A stretch of DNA of 30,409 bases from Macrostomum lignano (Eukaryota): the NCBI GenBank assembly GCA_002269645.1, contig NIVC01004948.1, forward strand, positions 1 to 30,409, given 5' to 3'. Below the pieces are notes generated by a model. It searched no databases, was not told the DNA's origin, and was given only the letters and a program-made list of their open reading frames with translations. Below, one piece after another: positions 1-9,478 of this stretch (position 1 is its first letter; every line of letters begins with the position of its first letter). Both the position numbers and the translations under genes were made by a program.

Positions 1-1
1 T

Positions 2-266
2 AAGCTTCCAGGAGTTGAATCACCATACATACTGACAAACTCTGAGTTTCTACGCTTTTTATATCTACCTGGAGAGCTAGAGAAAGACACCAAAAGAAGA
101 GCTACAGATCCATACTTCAGCCTTGATGTACATAAAATAGACAGACATTTTACCTCCGACTCGGTGACTATTACTTTTTATCTCAGGCCTTTAACCCTAA
201 ATCCCCACGCGGTCATTCACTAGAGCTGAACTCCTAGTGATACCAGCTGACACGGAAATTAATTAA
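2..266 (+). pseudogene. int: C-terminal end of Polinton RVE integrase (partial, frameshifted as given)
   Basis: From base 2: KLPGVESPYILTNSEFLRFLYLPGELEKDTKRRATDPYFSLDVHKI; from 201 in another frame: IPTRSFTRAELLVIPADTEIN* (TAA 264-266). Matches the recalled PGELE..RRATDP..S..V..I / P.R.F.R.ELL..P.DTE tail of Polinton integrases. Two -1 shifts join the pieces. Confidence 0.7.
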
Positions 267-282
267 AATATTAAAATAAAAA

Positions 283-725
283 ATGACAAAGATTGAAACC
301 AGAACCATCAATAAACTCAATAAAATCATTGAATCAAAGAAACCAGGTCTTATATCAATAAAAGGTGCCAAAGTAAAATCGATCCCGTGCAGCAAATAGT
401 TCAATGTAATGACAAAGACACAGCATCACAGATGAAAAGTCAGGAGGAATCCTACCATTAGCAGCTCTTATTCCGATCATTGCAGGCGCTGTAAGTGCCG
501 CAGGTGGTGTAGCTGGAGGTGTAGCAACTGCTGTTAAAGCTGGGAATGATAGAGCCACCAGCTAGAATTGCAAAAGATTGCAAGAGACAAAGGTATAACA
601 ATTAAGGCAGGAGAGGGCTGCCCCGATCGTGATGATTTTGAGCATGAAAATTCTGTAAGCAAGTCTGACATTGTCAAAGCATCATGACACTGCACAATGC
701 TGGGTTTACAATAATGCGCATGTGA
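283..725 (+). pseudogene. Adenovirus pX(mu)-like small virion protein (four -1 frameshifts as given)
   Basis: ATG 283 MTKIETRTINKL..., then DPVQQIVQCNDKDTASQMKSQ, then GGILPLAALIPIIAGAVSAAGGVAGGVATAV (from 443), then HQLELQKIARDKGITIKAGEG..., then IMTLHNAGFTIMRM* (723-725). GGILPL..IPII resembles the adenovirus pX precursor GGILPLLIPLIAAAIG. Confidence 0.65.
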
Positions 726-850
726 TGAGGTTTAAAACCCCACTTTATCCAGCTTCATAAACCTAATACTACTGATAGGATGTAGAAACAGTTCAACTTT
801 TCTATCAGGGTGGTCACCCTCAAAAATTTTTTTTTCTTTTATAGAAAAAA

Positions 851-3800
851 ATGCCAAAAGCTAATCCAGCAAAAGATTTAGTCAACAAATATTTTTCAAA
901 AGGCGTCTCATTTCAAGACAAAAGTAATTTACTAAGAGAAGCATGTAAACAAAGTTTAACACAGACCCTGGTCACCTGGGAAGCTATGAAAAACAGTTGG
1001 AAATCATCAATCAATTAGAATCCAACCAGTATGCGCCTATAAAAAATTCTGCAAAGGAACACCAAGAGAGGAGTCGCAACTTAGTTAACAAATACGAAAC
1101 TCTCACTGGTGAAAAAGCAAAGTACCCACAAAATAAGCAGGAACAAGAGAAATTAGAGCAATTAATCCATTTAAAAGAGTCGGAGCTTGCCATTGAAGAG
1201 ATTAATTTTGCACAGAGGAAGTTTACAGAACATTACATAGAGTACACAATCCCAATTAACGGCACCACCGCAAACATCTACGACTATAAAGACAGCATCC
1301 AATCAGTTGTTGATCACACACTCAAAACACGCAAGACCTTTAAACTACAGATATCATTCAAGATTGCGTTTTATATGCCTGCGAAACCCACTGAGCATCT
1401 CGAGTATTACATGACAACAAAGGCAAAGCCATTCACCCAACAGACACACTGGATCCTTTCCTTCAAGATGTCACTAAGAAAATTGAAGCGTTTACATCCA
1501 GAGGTTCCGGATGGGTCGTGGGAGGGATTCAAAGAGCGACTGTCATGGTCATGAAATATGACCCACTTAAAGCCTCCTCTTATATAGAGCTCCCGCATAA
1601 GCTAGCCGGTAAAAAAGCTTGCATAAATGTTAAAAATAAAGACAATTGCTGTGCTCTATGGGCAGTTCTTTCTGCACTTCTTCATGATAGTGTACCTCAC
1701 CACCCGAAAGAACCTCAAATTATCAAAATTATTTCAACTACTATCTCATCGAATGCGAAAAGAAGGGAATCAGGTTTGACAAAGGAGGCTTGGCGATCTC
1801 TCAGATCCCAAAGCTAGAAGAGTGTTTAATAACAAAATTAGAATCACAGTCTTTGAGTGGAGTGAAAAAACTGAGAAAGTTCAACCGGTCAGATGTAGCA
1901 AAGACGTTTTAGATCCTGAGGGGAAAAGGCGGACTGAAGTGGATCTTCTAGTGATTGGTAATTTACTAGAGGAGGCTCACTATGTTTGGATTAAAGATCT
2001 TTCAAGACTCATTCACAAGCAGTTGAATAATCATCACGAGGCTGTTGCCATCTGCCGCTTGTGCCTTAAGCATTACAGTGGACCTGAACGCTTTGAAAAC
2101 TAACAGAGCATGAATTATCATGCGAGGATCACCCGACAAACTGCTCTCTTCCTTCAGCTGAAGAGAAGTATCTCGGTTTAAGAACTATCACAAGATGGAG
2201 AAGCTCCCATTTGTTGTATATGCTGATTTCGAATGCTCAATCGTGCCGGAAACACAAAAACAAACTCAAACTCAAAAACATGTCCCCAATTCAGTAGCAT
2301 ATGCCTTTATTAATACAAAAGGACTTGTTGAGTATAATTATTTCTTTGGAGAGCAGTGTGTGGAGCAGTTTATTGCCAGAATGTTAGAGTTGCAAAGAGT
2401 GATTAGCACCCTTCAACCTGTTCCAATAATGATGACTGAGGAGGATGAAAGCAATTTCCTATCAGCAACTCATTGCCACATCTGCAGGAAACATTTAACT
2501 TGCACTAATATTAAAAACCCCACCGTTAGGGACCACTGCCACTTTACTGGGAAATTTAGAGGTGCAGCGCATAACACCTGTAATCTAAAGCTAAAATCGA
2601 ACATTCATGATCTAACGATATTTTGTCACAACGCAAAGAACTATGACATGCATTTAATAGTTGAAAAAATCGGCATGATTCCAGACATACACCTTGACTG
2701 CATCGCAGAGAACAAGGAGAAGTTTAAGTGTGTTGATATTAAACAGGATAATTCGGTAAAGGTAAGGTAAAATAAGACTGAAGGATTCATATCAATTTCT
2801 AGCTGCCAGTCTAGACGAACTAAGCAAGAATCTAAAAGATGAACAATGTACATATACAAAGATGTTTGCAAGTAAAATTACAACAGTGATGAATCATTTA
2901 AACTCCTGAGAACCAAAGGCTTCTATCCCTATGAAAATATTACTGGGTATCACGTATTTGAAGAAGGTTTACCACCAAAAGAAAAGTTCTTTTCAAAGCT
3001 AACAGACTCTGGAATCTCTGACAAAGACTATGAGCACGCGAAGCATGTCTATAATTACTTTAATTGTCAAAACTTCTTCCAGTATCACCTGCTTTACCTC
3101 TTCACAGATGTGTTTCTGCTGGCTGATGTGTTTGAAACCTTCAGATATACCTGGTACACAGCATATGGCCTCGATCCAGCACATTATGTGTCTCTGCCTG
3201 CCACTAGCTGGGAATCTTTGCTTAAAATGAAATGGGATCAAGATCCAGATTGGTACATTGAACTTCTTACAGACATTGACATGTACAATTTTGTCGAATC
3301 GTCAAAGCGAGGGGGATCTCAATTTGCGTTAACAGGTATGCAAAAGCAAACAATCCCTACATTGATCTTACAATAAGGAGCAGCCCTCAAACTACATTAC
3401 TTACTTGGACGCTAATAATCTCTACGGGTGGGCGATGAGTCAAGATCTTCCAGTTAGAGATTTTCGATGGCTACCCTCATCAGAACTAAAGTGGACTTTT
3501 CATTGGCTGCCATTTATGAAGTTGATGTTTACATTCCACCAGAGCTTCACGACTATTTCTCTGACTTTCCACCCTTCCCAGAGAACATCAAGTGCCCGAA
3601 AATAATCGAAACTCCCAATGATAATAATGGAACTTGGCACCTGTCAGGAACAGAAAAAGAACATACAGAGAAACTAACACAGAATCTAAACAACAAGACA
3701 CGTTACAAAATCCATTACAAACTGCTTCAGTATTTTATCTCACTTGGTTGCAGGGTCACCAAAGTTCACAGGGCTCTTACATTTACAGAGGAAGCGTGGA

Positions 3801-4680
3801 TGAAACCCTACATTGATAAGAACACCCAGTTTAGGACCAAAGCAACCAACGACTTTGACAAGAACCTCTTTAAGTTGGCCAACAACTCTGTCTATGGCAA
3901 GACTCTTGAGAATGAGAGGAAAAGAACAAACCTGAAACTTGTTACCTCATCAGAGCCTGCTGTTATTCAGGCAAATATGTCAAAGCCAACATTCAAAGAA
4001 CTCCATATCTTTAATAGCTACTTAGGTGTGATCATATTTTACAAAACCAAGGTGACGCTGCGCAAGCCGATCTATACAGGTGTCACTGTTCTCGACGAAT
4101 CAAAACGTCTGATGTACCAGTTCTTCTATGGCATGAAGCAGCAGTACAAGGATAAAATGAAACTCTTGTACACTGACACAGACAGTTTTATTATGGACAT
4201 TCAAACAGAAGACATTTATCAGGACATGCTGCAGCAAAAAGATTTGTTTGACTTGTCTGAGTATGATAATCTTTCAGGACACAGAATGGCGATCAAGTGT
4301 TTGACGCTACTAACAAGAAAGTGATTGGGAAAATGAAGGACGAGATTGCTGGTGACATAATCACTGAATTCATTGGGTTGAGAGCAAAGTCCTATTTTGT
4401 AAAATGTGAGTCGTCAGACCCAATTAAAAAATCAAAGGGAATTCCGAAACGTGTGGTTAGGAAGGAAATTAATGAAGCTGAATACAGAGACGCCTTGAAT
4501 TGCAACAAAAAGACATCACATGAGTTCTCAAAGCTACAATCTAAAAACCATATTATTCACACAATTCAGCAAAAGAAGATTGGACTGTCAGGTGCAGATA
4601 ACAAGAGATTCATTTTTGATGACAACATTAACAGTCTACCGTTCGGGCACTGGAGATTAGGTTTAGGAGATTGGGTTTAG
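851..4680 (+). pseudogene. polB: Protein-primed family B DNA polymerase with endonuclease VII-like insert (12 frame changes as given; may be intact in vivo)
   Basis: Stitched frames give RGSGW..., KACINVKN.DN.C..WA, ExoI VVYADFE, HCHIC...RDHCHFTGKFRGAAHNTCN, ExoII FCHNAKNYD, KGFYPYE, ExoIII YLFTDV, motif A YLDANNLYGWAM, motif B KLANNSVYGK, motif C YTDTDS, GLRAKSY, KSKGI and PFGHW. Confidence 0.92.
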
Positions 4681-4725
4681 GAGGTTGAGGTTGGGTTTAG
4701 GAGGTGGAGGTTAGGTTTAGGTTTA
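4652..4725. repeat. G-rich degenerate tandem repeat, GGAG(A/G)TT(A/G)GGTTTA-type units
   Basis: ggagattaggttta ggagattgggttta ggaggttgaggttgggttta ggaggtggaggttaggttta ggttta, spanning the PolB stop codon. Confidence 0.8.
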
Positions 4726-4753
4726 AGAGAAAGTTTAATAAACCTCATAAAAA

Positions 4754-5155
4754 ATGACGACAAATAACTTTCTTGAAGATTTGGCTAACGAACTGGAAAT
4801 CCCAAACTTTAGAGGAATATTTATGAGGGACACTCTGCCTGATTTTCCTCTAAGAAAGGAATGCGGCATCATGAACTTTGACACCACCGATAAGCCAGGA
4901 TCTCATTGGGTTTGCTGGGTGATTGATCCCGATCGCAAGCACAAGTGTTATTACTTCGATAGCTATGGGACGGCAGTACCAGAAGAGCTAAGAAATTATA
5001 TGAAGGGGAAAAATAATAAAAAAATTTATCGCTCAGACTTTATTCTCCAAGGTCTTAGCAGTGATATTTGCGGTGAGCTGTGCATGACTGTTTTGTATGC
5101 AATGACCAAAACACGAAAGACCTACAAGGAAATTATTCTTGGCTGTGTTTCATAG
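4754..5155 (+). CDS. Adenain-like cysteine (maturation) protease
   Basis: 133 aa with FRGIFMRD.LP, ECGIMNFD...GSHWVC (His), YYFDSYG (Asp) and Q...SDICGELC (Gln/Cys); frame intact. Confidence 0.9.
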   Translation: MTTNNFLEDLANELEIPNFRGIFMRDTLPDFPLRKECGIMNFDTTDKPGSHWVCWVIDPDRKHKCYYFDSYGTAVPEELRNYMKGKNNKKIYRSDFILQGLSSDICGELCMTVLYAMTKTRKTYKEIILGCVS

Positions 5156-5892
5156 GGTTCATTGTGCATTCCTCGTCGTCCTTCTTGCCGAATTTCTTGC
5201 CGAATTTTTCGCCGACTTTCTTTCCACATAATGTTGAAAAACTTTCTCGAGTTCATTTTCAGCTGACTCATGTCATCAGTACCGACCATGTTCAAGTTCA
5301 TTCGAATTGATTGTTCATAAAGATCCTGAATGGTTTTGAACTCATCCTCTGAAATGAACTTATCCTCGATTGCCCTTGAAATGTACCCTATGATTGATGT
5401 GTGCACCCCTTTCTCTTTTACTTGCTTCTCCTGTAGCTGCTTTAGTTTTTTTCGCCTGTTTCGCGCTAATGCTCCAGTAATTGCTGAAATAAGTCCACAT
5501 GCAGCACCCACAGAGCCGAGCGGGATTGCGATTGGGGCTGTGATGACTGGCAACACTGAGACAGCTGCAGCAGATCCAGATAGAACAGACACAGATCCTA
5601 GAATCATATTGCTGTAGTCGAAAAATTTACAGTGGTTGTCATAGCGCTTAATTTTCTTTGTTTGTGGAAAATATTTTTTTCAAGATCATCGCGCATTTTT
5701 TGAATCTCCACCAGTCGAAACTGTTGAGAGTTACAAGTAATGACGGGGTAGAGTTTTTGTTGCTCATATTGGGTGCATTCAGATTCGGTGCCAGGTTTTG
5801 TGTGTTCGAATTCGGTGCCATTGAGTTTGGTGCTGTCGGTATTTTAGGTTCAACGTATTGAGACTGATCGTATAGAGAATTTTTTGGGCCAT
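5122..5892 (-). pseudogene. Polinton membrane protein with two hydrophobic helices (three -1 frameshifts as given)
   Basis: ATG 5892 after an A-run gives MAQK/NSLYDQSQYVEPKIPTAPNS..., then QFRLVEIQKMRDDLEK (from 5723), then KRYDNHCKFFDYSNMILGSVSVLSGSAAAVSVLPVITAPIAIPLGSVGAACGLISAITG...ISRAIEDKFISEDEFKTI. The FRL..I, TM pair and IS.A..D..IS..EF pattern recalls a common Polinton ORF. Confidence 0.6.
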
Positions 5893-5984
5893 TTTTTTCT
5901 CTAGAAAAAATAAAAAAAATTATAAAACTATCCGGTTGAAAGATCTGTTTTCTTTTTGATAATTCCATCTGCACCGCCGGTTGT

Positions 5985-6458
5985 CTAGGCGGCTCTCGTG
6001 ACGCCGGAGGATCGCGAGTCCAGCAGGCAGCGGCTGGGCGGCTGACGTTTGAGAGCGTGCCGGATTACTCCGTCGGGGTCCAGAGCTCCTTCTACTCGAT
6101 CTGTAGACATGACCGGACGAGCAGCAGATTCTGCTTCATCAATAGCAATATCACGAAGATTGAGTGTTCTCTCCAGACGATCAAGCCTCCTTATTATTTT
6201 ACCCCAAGAGCTATACATTCCGTTTAGATAGCTACTGTGTGATACATCCTTTCTCTTTAATGCTTCAAGTCTTTCTTTGATTCGATCATGCAACGATGTT
6301 GACTGAGTCATGAACTCTTCTAAATTATTGACTTTAACTGTGTTGGTTGCGACGTTTTCTTTAATTCTATCATGCAACGCTGTTGACTGGTTCATGAACT
6401 CTTCTAAATTATTTACTTTAGCTGTGTTTGTGAAAACTCCTCCTTCAAGAATACGCAT
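5985..6458 (-). CDS. Hypothetical coiled-coil protein with 28-aa internal duplication
   Basis: 157-aa ORF; TNTAKVNNLEEFMNQSTALHDRIKE and TNTVKVNNLEEFMTQSTSLHDRIKE lie at an 84-bp period (TGAACTCTTC at 6311 and 6395). Confidence 0.6.
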   Translation of the reverse strand: MRILEGGVFTNTAKVNNLEEFMNQSTALHDRIKENVATNTVKVNNLEEFMTQSTSLHDRIKERLEALKRKDVSHSSYLNGMYSSWGKIIRRLDRLERTLNLRDIAIDEAESAARPVMSTDRVEGALDPDGVIRHALKRQPPSRCLLDSRSSGVTRAA

Positions 6459-6465
6459 CCGTCTA

Positions 6466-6801
6466 TCAGGAATTTCCCAGAAGATTAACTGATGATCTCA
6501 AGCCGTTGATTAGCGAGACTATCGAAGTTATTTCTGACCTTAGTTCATTAGTTGCGTTTAACAACGGCACATAAAGCTTATCACTTTCAAACTTCTGCCT
6601 AGCTACTTTAAGCCTGAGATCTTCCATGTTTATTTGCAACTGGTGCATGGAGCGCTCTAGGGCTTTCAGTCTGTTTTTATTCAGTTTGATCTCTGGGATC
6701 TTTTCGTCGCTGTTGATATATCGCCTGTCAAGGATGGATATCTGAGCTGATGTAAGAGCGCTGTTGCCAGAAATGGATTCACCTGCAAAGTTTATCGACA
6801 T
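6466..6801 (-). CDS. Hypothetical coiled-coil protein (possibly one gene with 5985-6458)
   Basis: 111-aa ORF co-oriented between the ATPase and the next ORF; heptad-like Leu/Ile spacing; 7-bp gap to the next ATG. Confidence 0.55.
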   Translation of the reverse strand: MSINFAGESISGNSALTSAQISILDRRYINSDEKIPEIKLNKNRLKALERSMHQLQINMEDLRLKVARQKFESDKLYVPLLNATNELRSEITSIVSLINGLRSSVNLLGNS

Positions 6802-6822
6802 CTTTTAATAGCAAATTTTAAA

Positions 6823-7617
6823 TTACAGTTCTTTTTTCTTGCTGATAATCACAAACTGGTAAGGCTGATTCCACTTGTCATAGCAAAGATTAACGAATTC
6901 CTCTTGTGAAATCTTTCTGCTTGAGTTTTTTGTTGGATTTATGAAATAGGCAGGCGCAATGACCTCATTGTAAAATCTTTTTAGCCTGTCCTGTGGAATG
7001 GTTGGAAACAGGAGAATCAGATTGCAGTTCCCACGAATTGTTTTGTTCGGGAGCTCGAACCAATTCTGTGCAATGTAAATTACATTGCAATTGTTATGTC
7101 GCCCTCTTGTAAAATAGTTTTCTATCTGCTTCTGTGGGCCTGTCATACAATCATCAAAGACGATCAAATGCTTTCTCCCCTTTTCTAGCTCATCTGGTTG
7201 GGGTAGAAGTTTGGTCTTTGGATCAGCCTGTGGATCTCCATAGGTGAACACTTTAATGTTCTGCCATTTTTCATTGTCTTTGAGGTGCTTTGCATATTCA
7301 GCAGCTACAATTTCAGGGTTACTGGGAAGGCTCATTTGGTTATTAAAACATGCAATAATGTCCTCTTTGTGCAGTTTGTTTTGCAATCCAGAAATCAACA
7401 TTTTATACTCATCTTGATACAGTGTGGGAGAGTAGATGTGCAGAGTGTCATAGTCGATAAAGCCAGGTCTAAGAAGCATGTTAAAGACTCTGAATGTTTT
7501 ACCTGAACCTGATGAACCAACAACAATGCATCTGAAGTGACTCGGAATTGACTCGTGATGAGAAAACTTAATCTGATTACGCGTCCAGTGAGGATTGAAG
7601 TCGTTTGAAAAGTCCAT
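6823..7617 (-). CDS. A32/FtsK-HerA-like genome packaging ATPase
   Basis: Walker A GSSGSGKT, Walker B LIVFDD, FTRGRH arginine finger, IYIAQ, TIRGN; intact 264 aa. Confidence 0.92.
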   Translation of the reverse strand: MDFSNDFNPHWTRNQIKFSHHESIPSHFRCIVVGSSGSGKTFRVFNMLLRPGFIDYDTLHIYSPTLYQDEYKMLISGLQNKLHKEDIIACFNNQMSLPSNPEIVAAEYAKHLKDNEKWQNIKVFTYGDPQADPKTKLLPQPDELEKGRKHLIVFDDCMTGPQKQIENYFTRGRHNNCNVIYIAQNWFELPNKTIRGNCNLILLFPTIPQDRLKRFYNEVIAPAYFINPTKNSSRKISQEEFVNLCYDKWNQPYQFVIISKKKEL

Positions 7618-7656
7618 TTTTTCTATGATGAAAAAAAATTAAATAATAAATAATTT

Positions 7657-7801
7657 AGATGTGTCATTTCGGGACTTAATGTGTCATTTTGGGACTTAGA
7701 TGTGTCATTTTGGTACTTAATTGTGTCATTTCGGGACTTAGATGTGTCATTTCGGGACTTAGATGTGTCATTTTGGGACTTAGATGTGTCATTTCGGGAC
7801 T
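7657..7801. repeat. Seven tandem copies of a 21-bp unit AGATGTGTCATTT(C/T)GGGACTT
   Basis: Read directly; copy 2 is 20 bp, others differ at 0-2 positions; intergenic, upstream of the ATPase. Confidence 0.95.
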
Positions 7802-7827
7802 AGTCTTGTACCCTCGGAAAGTACCCT

Positions 7828-8217
7828 TTAGTCAAATTTGAAACCACTTCCTTTTTTAATGCTAGCCCTCATCTTCTCATAGACTGCAGGGTCCACACTG
7901 TCTGGATTTGGGGCCAATGGAGCCAGCGGGGCCAGTGGAGGCTGAATCTCTTGTTTAGGTGTTACAGTATCCTTTATCTTTTTGGCTGCTGTGGCTACAC
8001 TGCCAGCCGCTTCGGCAACGTTCTTGATGTTCTCTTTGTTCTCTCCAATGACCTTAAAAATCTTGGCCCCCTGAGCGATCAAATCGGCAAGACCGTTCCC
8101 AGAGCGTTCTTTTCTTGGATAGTGGCCTGCAGGGAAAAGTCCAGATCCGCGTTTAATAAGATTAAGTTCCTCTTTGTCATAGTATTTGTCCACGTCTTTC
8201 TCAAAAATAATCGGCAT
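7828..8217 (-). CDS. Small putative virion core/membrane-lytic protein with GxG motifs
   Basis: Likely start MPIIFEKD (ATG 8217 after an A-run); KRGSGLF, RSGNGLADLIAQGAKIFKVI (amphipathic) and terminal KKGSGFKFD. Confidence 0.6.
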   Translation of the reverse strand: MPIIFEKDVDKYYDKEELNLIKRGSGLFPAGHYPRKERSGNGLADLIAQGAKIFKVIGENKENIKNVAEAAGSVATAAKKIKDTVTPKQEIQPPLAPLAPLAPNPDSVDPAVYEKMRASIKKGSGFKFD

Positions 8218-8233
8218 TTTTACTTGAAATAAA

Positions 8234-9448
8234 TTATTTTTTGTTGAACCGCGAAAGCAGAAGCTCTCTTGCTCTTTTGTCAATATACTTCTTTTCCATC
8301 ATTTTGTCCAGGATGTTGACAAATTCTTTTCTATTTTCATCTTTCATTCCGGTCTTTGCTGCTCCTAGAAGAACCGCTACTCGCTTGTAGATTTCAGAAA
8401 TTCCTTTTCCTGTTGAGGGCGGTTGGTCTTGGGGTTGTGGAGTTGGTTGGGCTTGTAGCTGCTGGGGAGGTGATGCAAAAGACTGCTCACTTTCAGAGAT
8501 GGAACTGTCATGTGGTGCCTGTCTTTGTTGAGGTGTGAAAACTCTTTGCTTGATTCTGTTCATTCGATCTGGAGAGTGTTGTTCTAAGTGTTGCCAGGCA
8601 TCTGGGTGATCATTTTTATATTTAGCTACTTGAGTCGGATCTGCATTTTCCAGTTGCCTGAGTACTTCTGTGAAATGTTGCTGCTGCTGTGGTTGTGGTT
8701 GTTGCTGTTGTTGTTCTAGATATTTTATGACTTCCGCCTGATCTGGCAAATCGAACCATTGTTTAAAGTGCTTGTACTTTTTGAATTTAGTCAGGTTGAC
8801 ACCGCTATCGTACATGTGTTTCAGAACTTCTGGGACCTTTAGTATTTCTATATCTCTAACAAGAGAAAAAGTCACTAGATTTCTGTAGTTCTTTAGCTGC
8901 TTCTCGGAGATTTTCTCTTGGTTCTTGGTCATAAAAGTCAGTAAGGTGTCTGTGAAAGGAATTTTCATAGTTTCTGAGCCTTTGACAACAGAAATATTTT
9001 CCTTATTTATGTCGATATAATATTCCACTGGTTCATTATAAATGTTTTTTCTCCACATACTTATTCCAAATACATATTTCCCATCATGTTCGACACGCTC
9101 TACTGGTCCAAAAATATTATCTGTCACTTTTAGTTGCTGTTGTGGTTGTGATTGTTGTTGTGATTGTTGTGGTTGCGGTTGTGTCTGTGGTTGCGGCTGT
9201 ATCTGTGGTGCTTCTGGAATTTTGCCCAAAACCTTTTGCACTTGGGTTTCCTGTATGTCGTCGATAGTTTCTTTGACCTGATCAATATTTTTCTTAGCTT
9301 CTCCATACCCGGGTTTATGAAACTCTGTGGCTGCTTGGACAAACTCATTGTAGGATTGTTGCTCCTTATTTATTAGCCCGGTAACTCGTTTCTCTGCTTG
9401 TGCCAGCTTCTCCAATTCAGATATTCGCTGTGTACTTTTTCGCTTCAT
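8234..9448 (-). CDS. Gln/Pro-rich Polinton protein with conserved C-terminal helical domain (putative cement/core)
   Basis: 404-aa intact ORF with QP low-complexity tracts; C-terminal GKGISEIYKRVAVLLGAAKTG...EFVNILDKMMEKKYI recalls a conserved Polinton C-terminal motif. Confidence 0.6.
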   Translation of the reverse strand: MKRKSTQRISELEKLAQAEKRVTGLINKEQQSYNEFVQAATEFHKPGYGEAKKNIDQVKETIDDIQETQVQKVLGKIPEAPQIQPQPQTQPQPQQSQQQSQPQQQLKVTDNIFGPVERVEHDGKYVFGISMWRKNIYNEPVEYYIDINKENISVVKGSETMKIPFTDTLLTFMTKNQEKISEKQLKNYRNLVTFSLVRDIEILKVPEVLKHMYDSGVNLTKFKKYKHFKQWFDLPDQAEVIKYLEQQQQQPQPQQQQHFTEVLRQLENADPTQVAKYKNDHPDAWQHLEQHSPDRMNRIKQRVFTPQQRQAPHDSSISESEQSFASPPQQLQAQPTPQPQDQPPSTGKGISEIYKRVAVLLGAAKTGMKDENRKEFVNILDKMMEKKYIDKRARELLLSRFNKK

Positions 9449-9478
9449 TTCTTATTTTATTTTATTTTTAGTTAAAAA

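Noticed and set aside
355-558. 67-aa minus-strand Ala/Pro-rich ORF
   Set aside because: Antisense shadow of the Gly/Ala-rich pX-like segment.
851-4680. Programmed ribosomal frameshifting or slippage as the way polB is expressed
   Set aside because: About 13 successive events in one gene would leave negligible full-length product; sequencing error or decay is simpler.
4652-4725. Telomeric repeat or telomere addition site
   Set aside because: Units are irregular with only a few TTAGG copies, and the tract is internal, overlapping a coding end.
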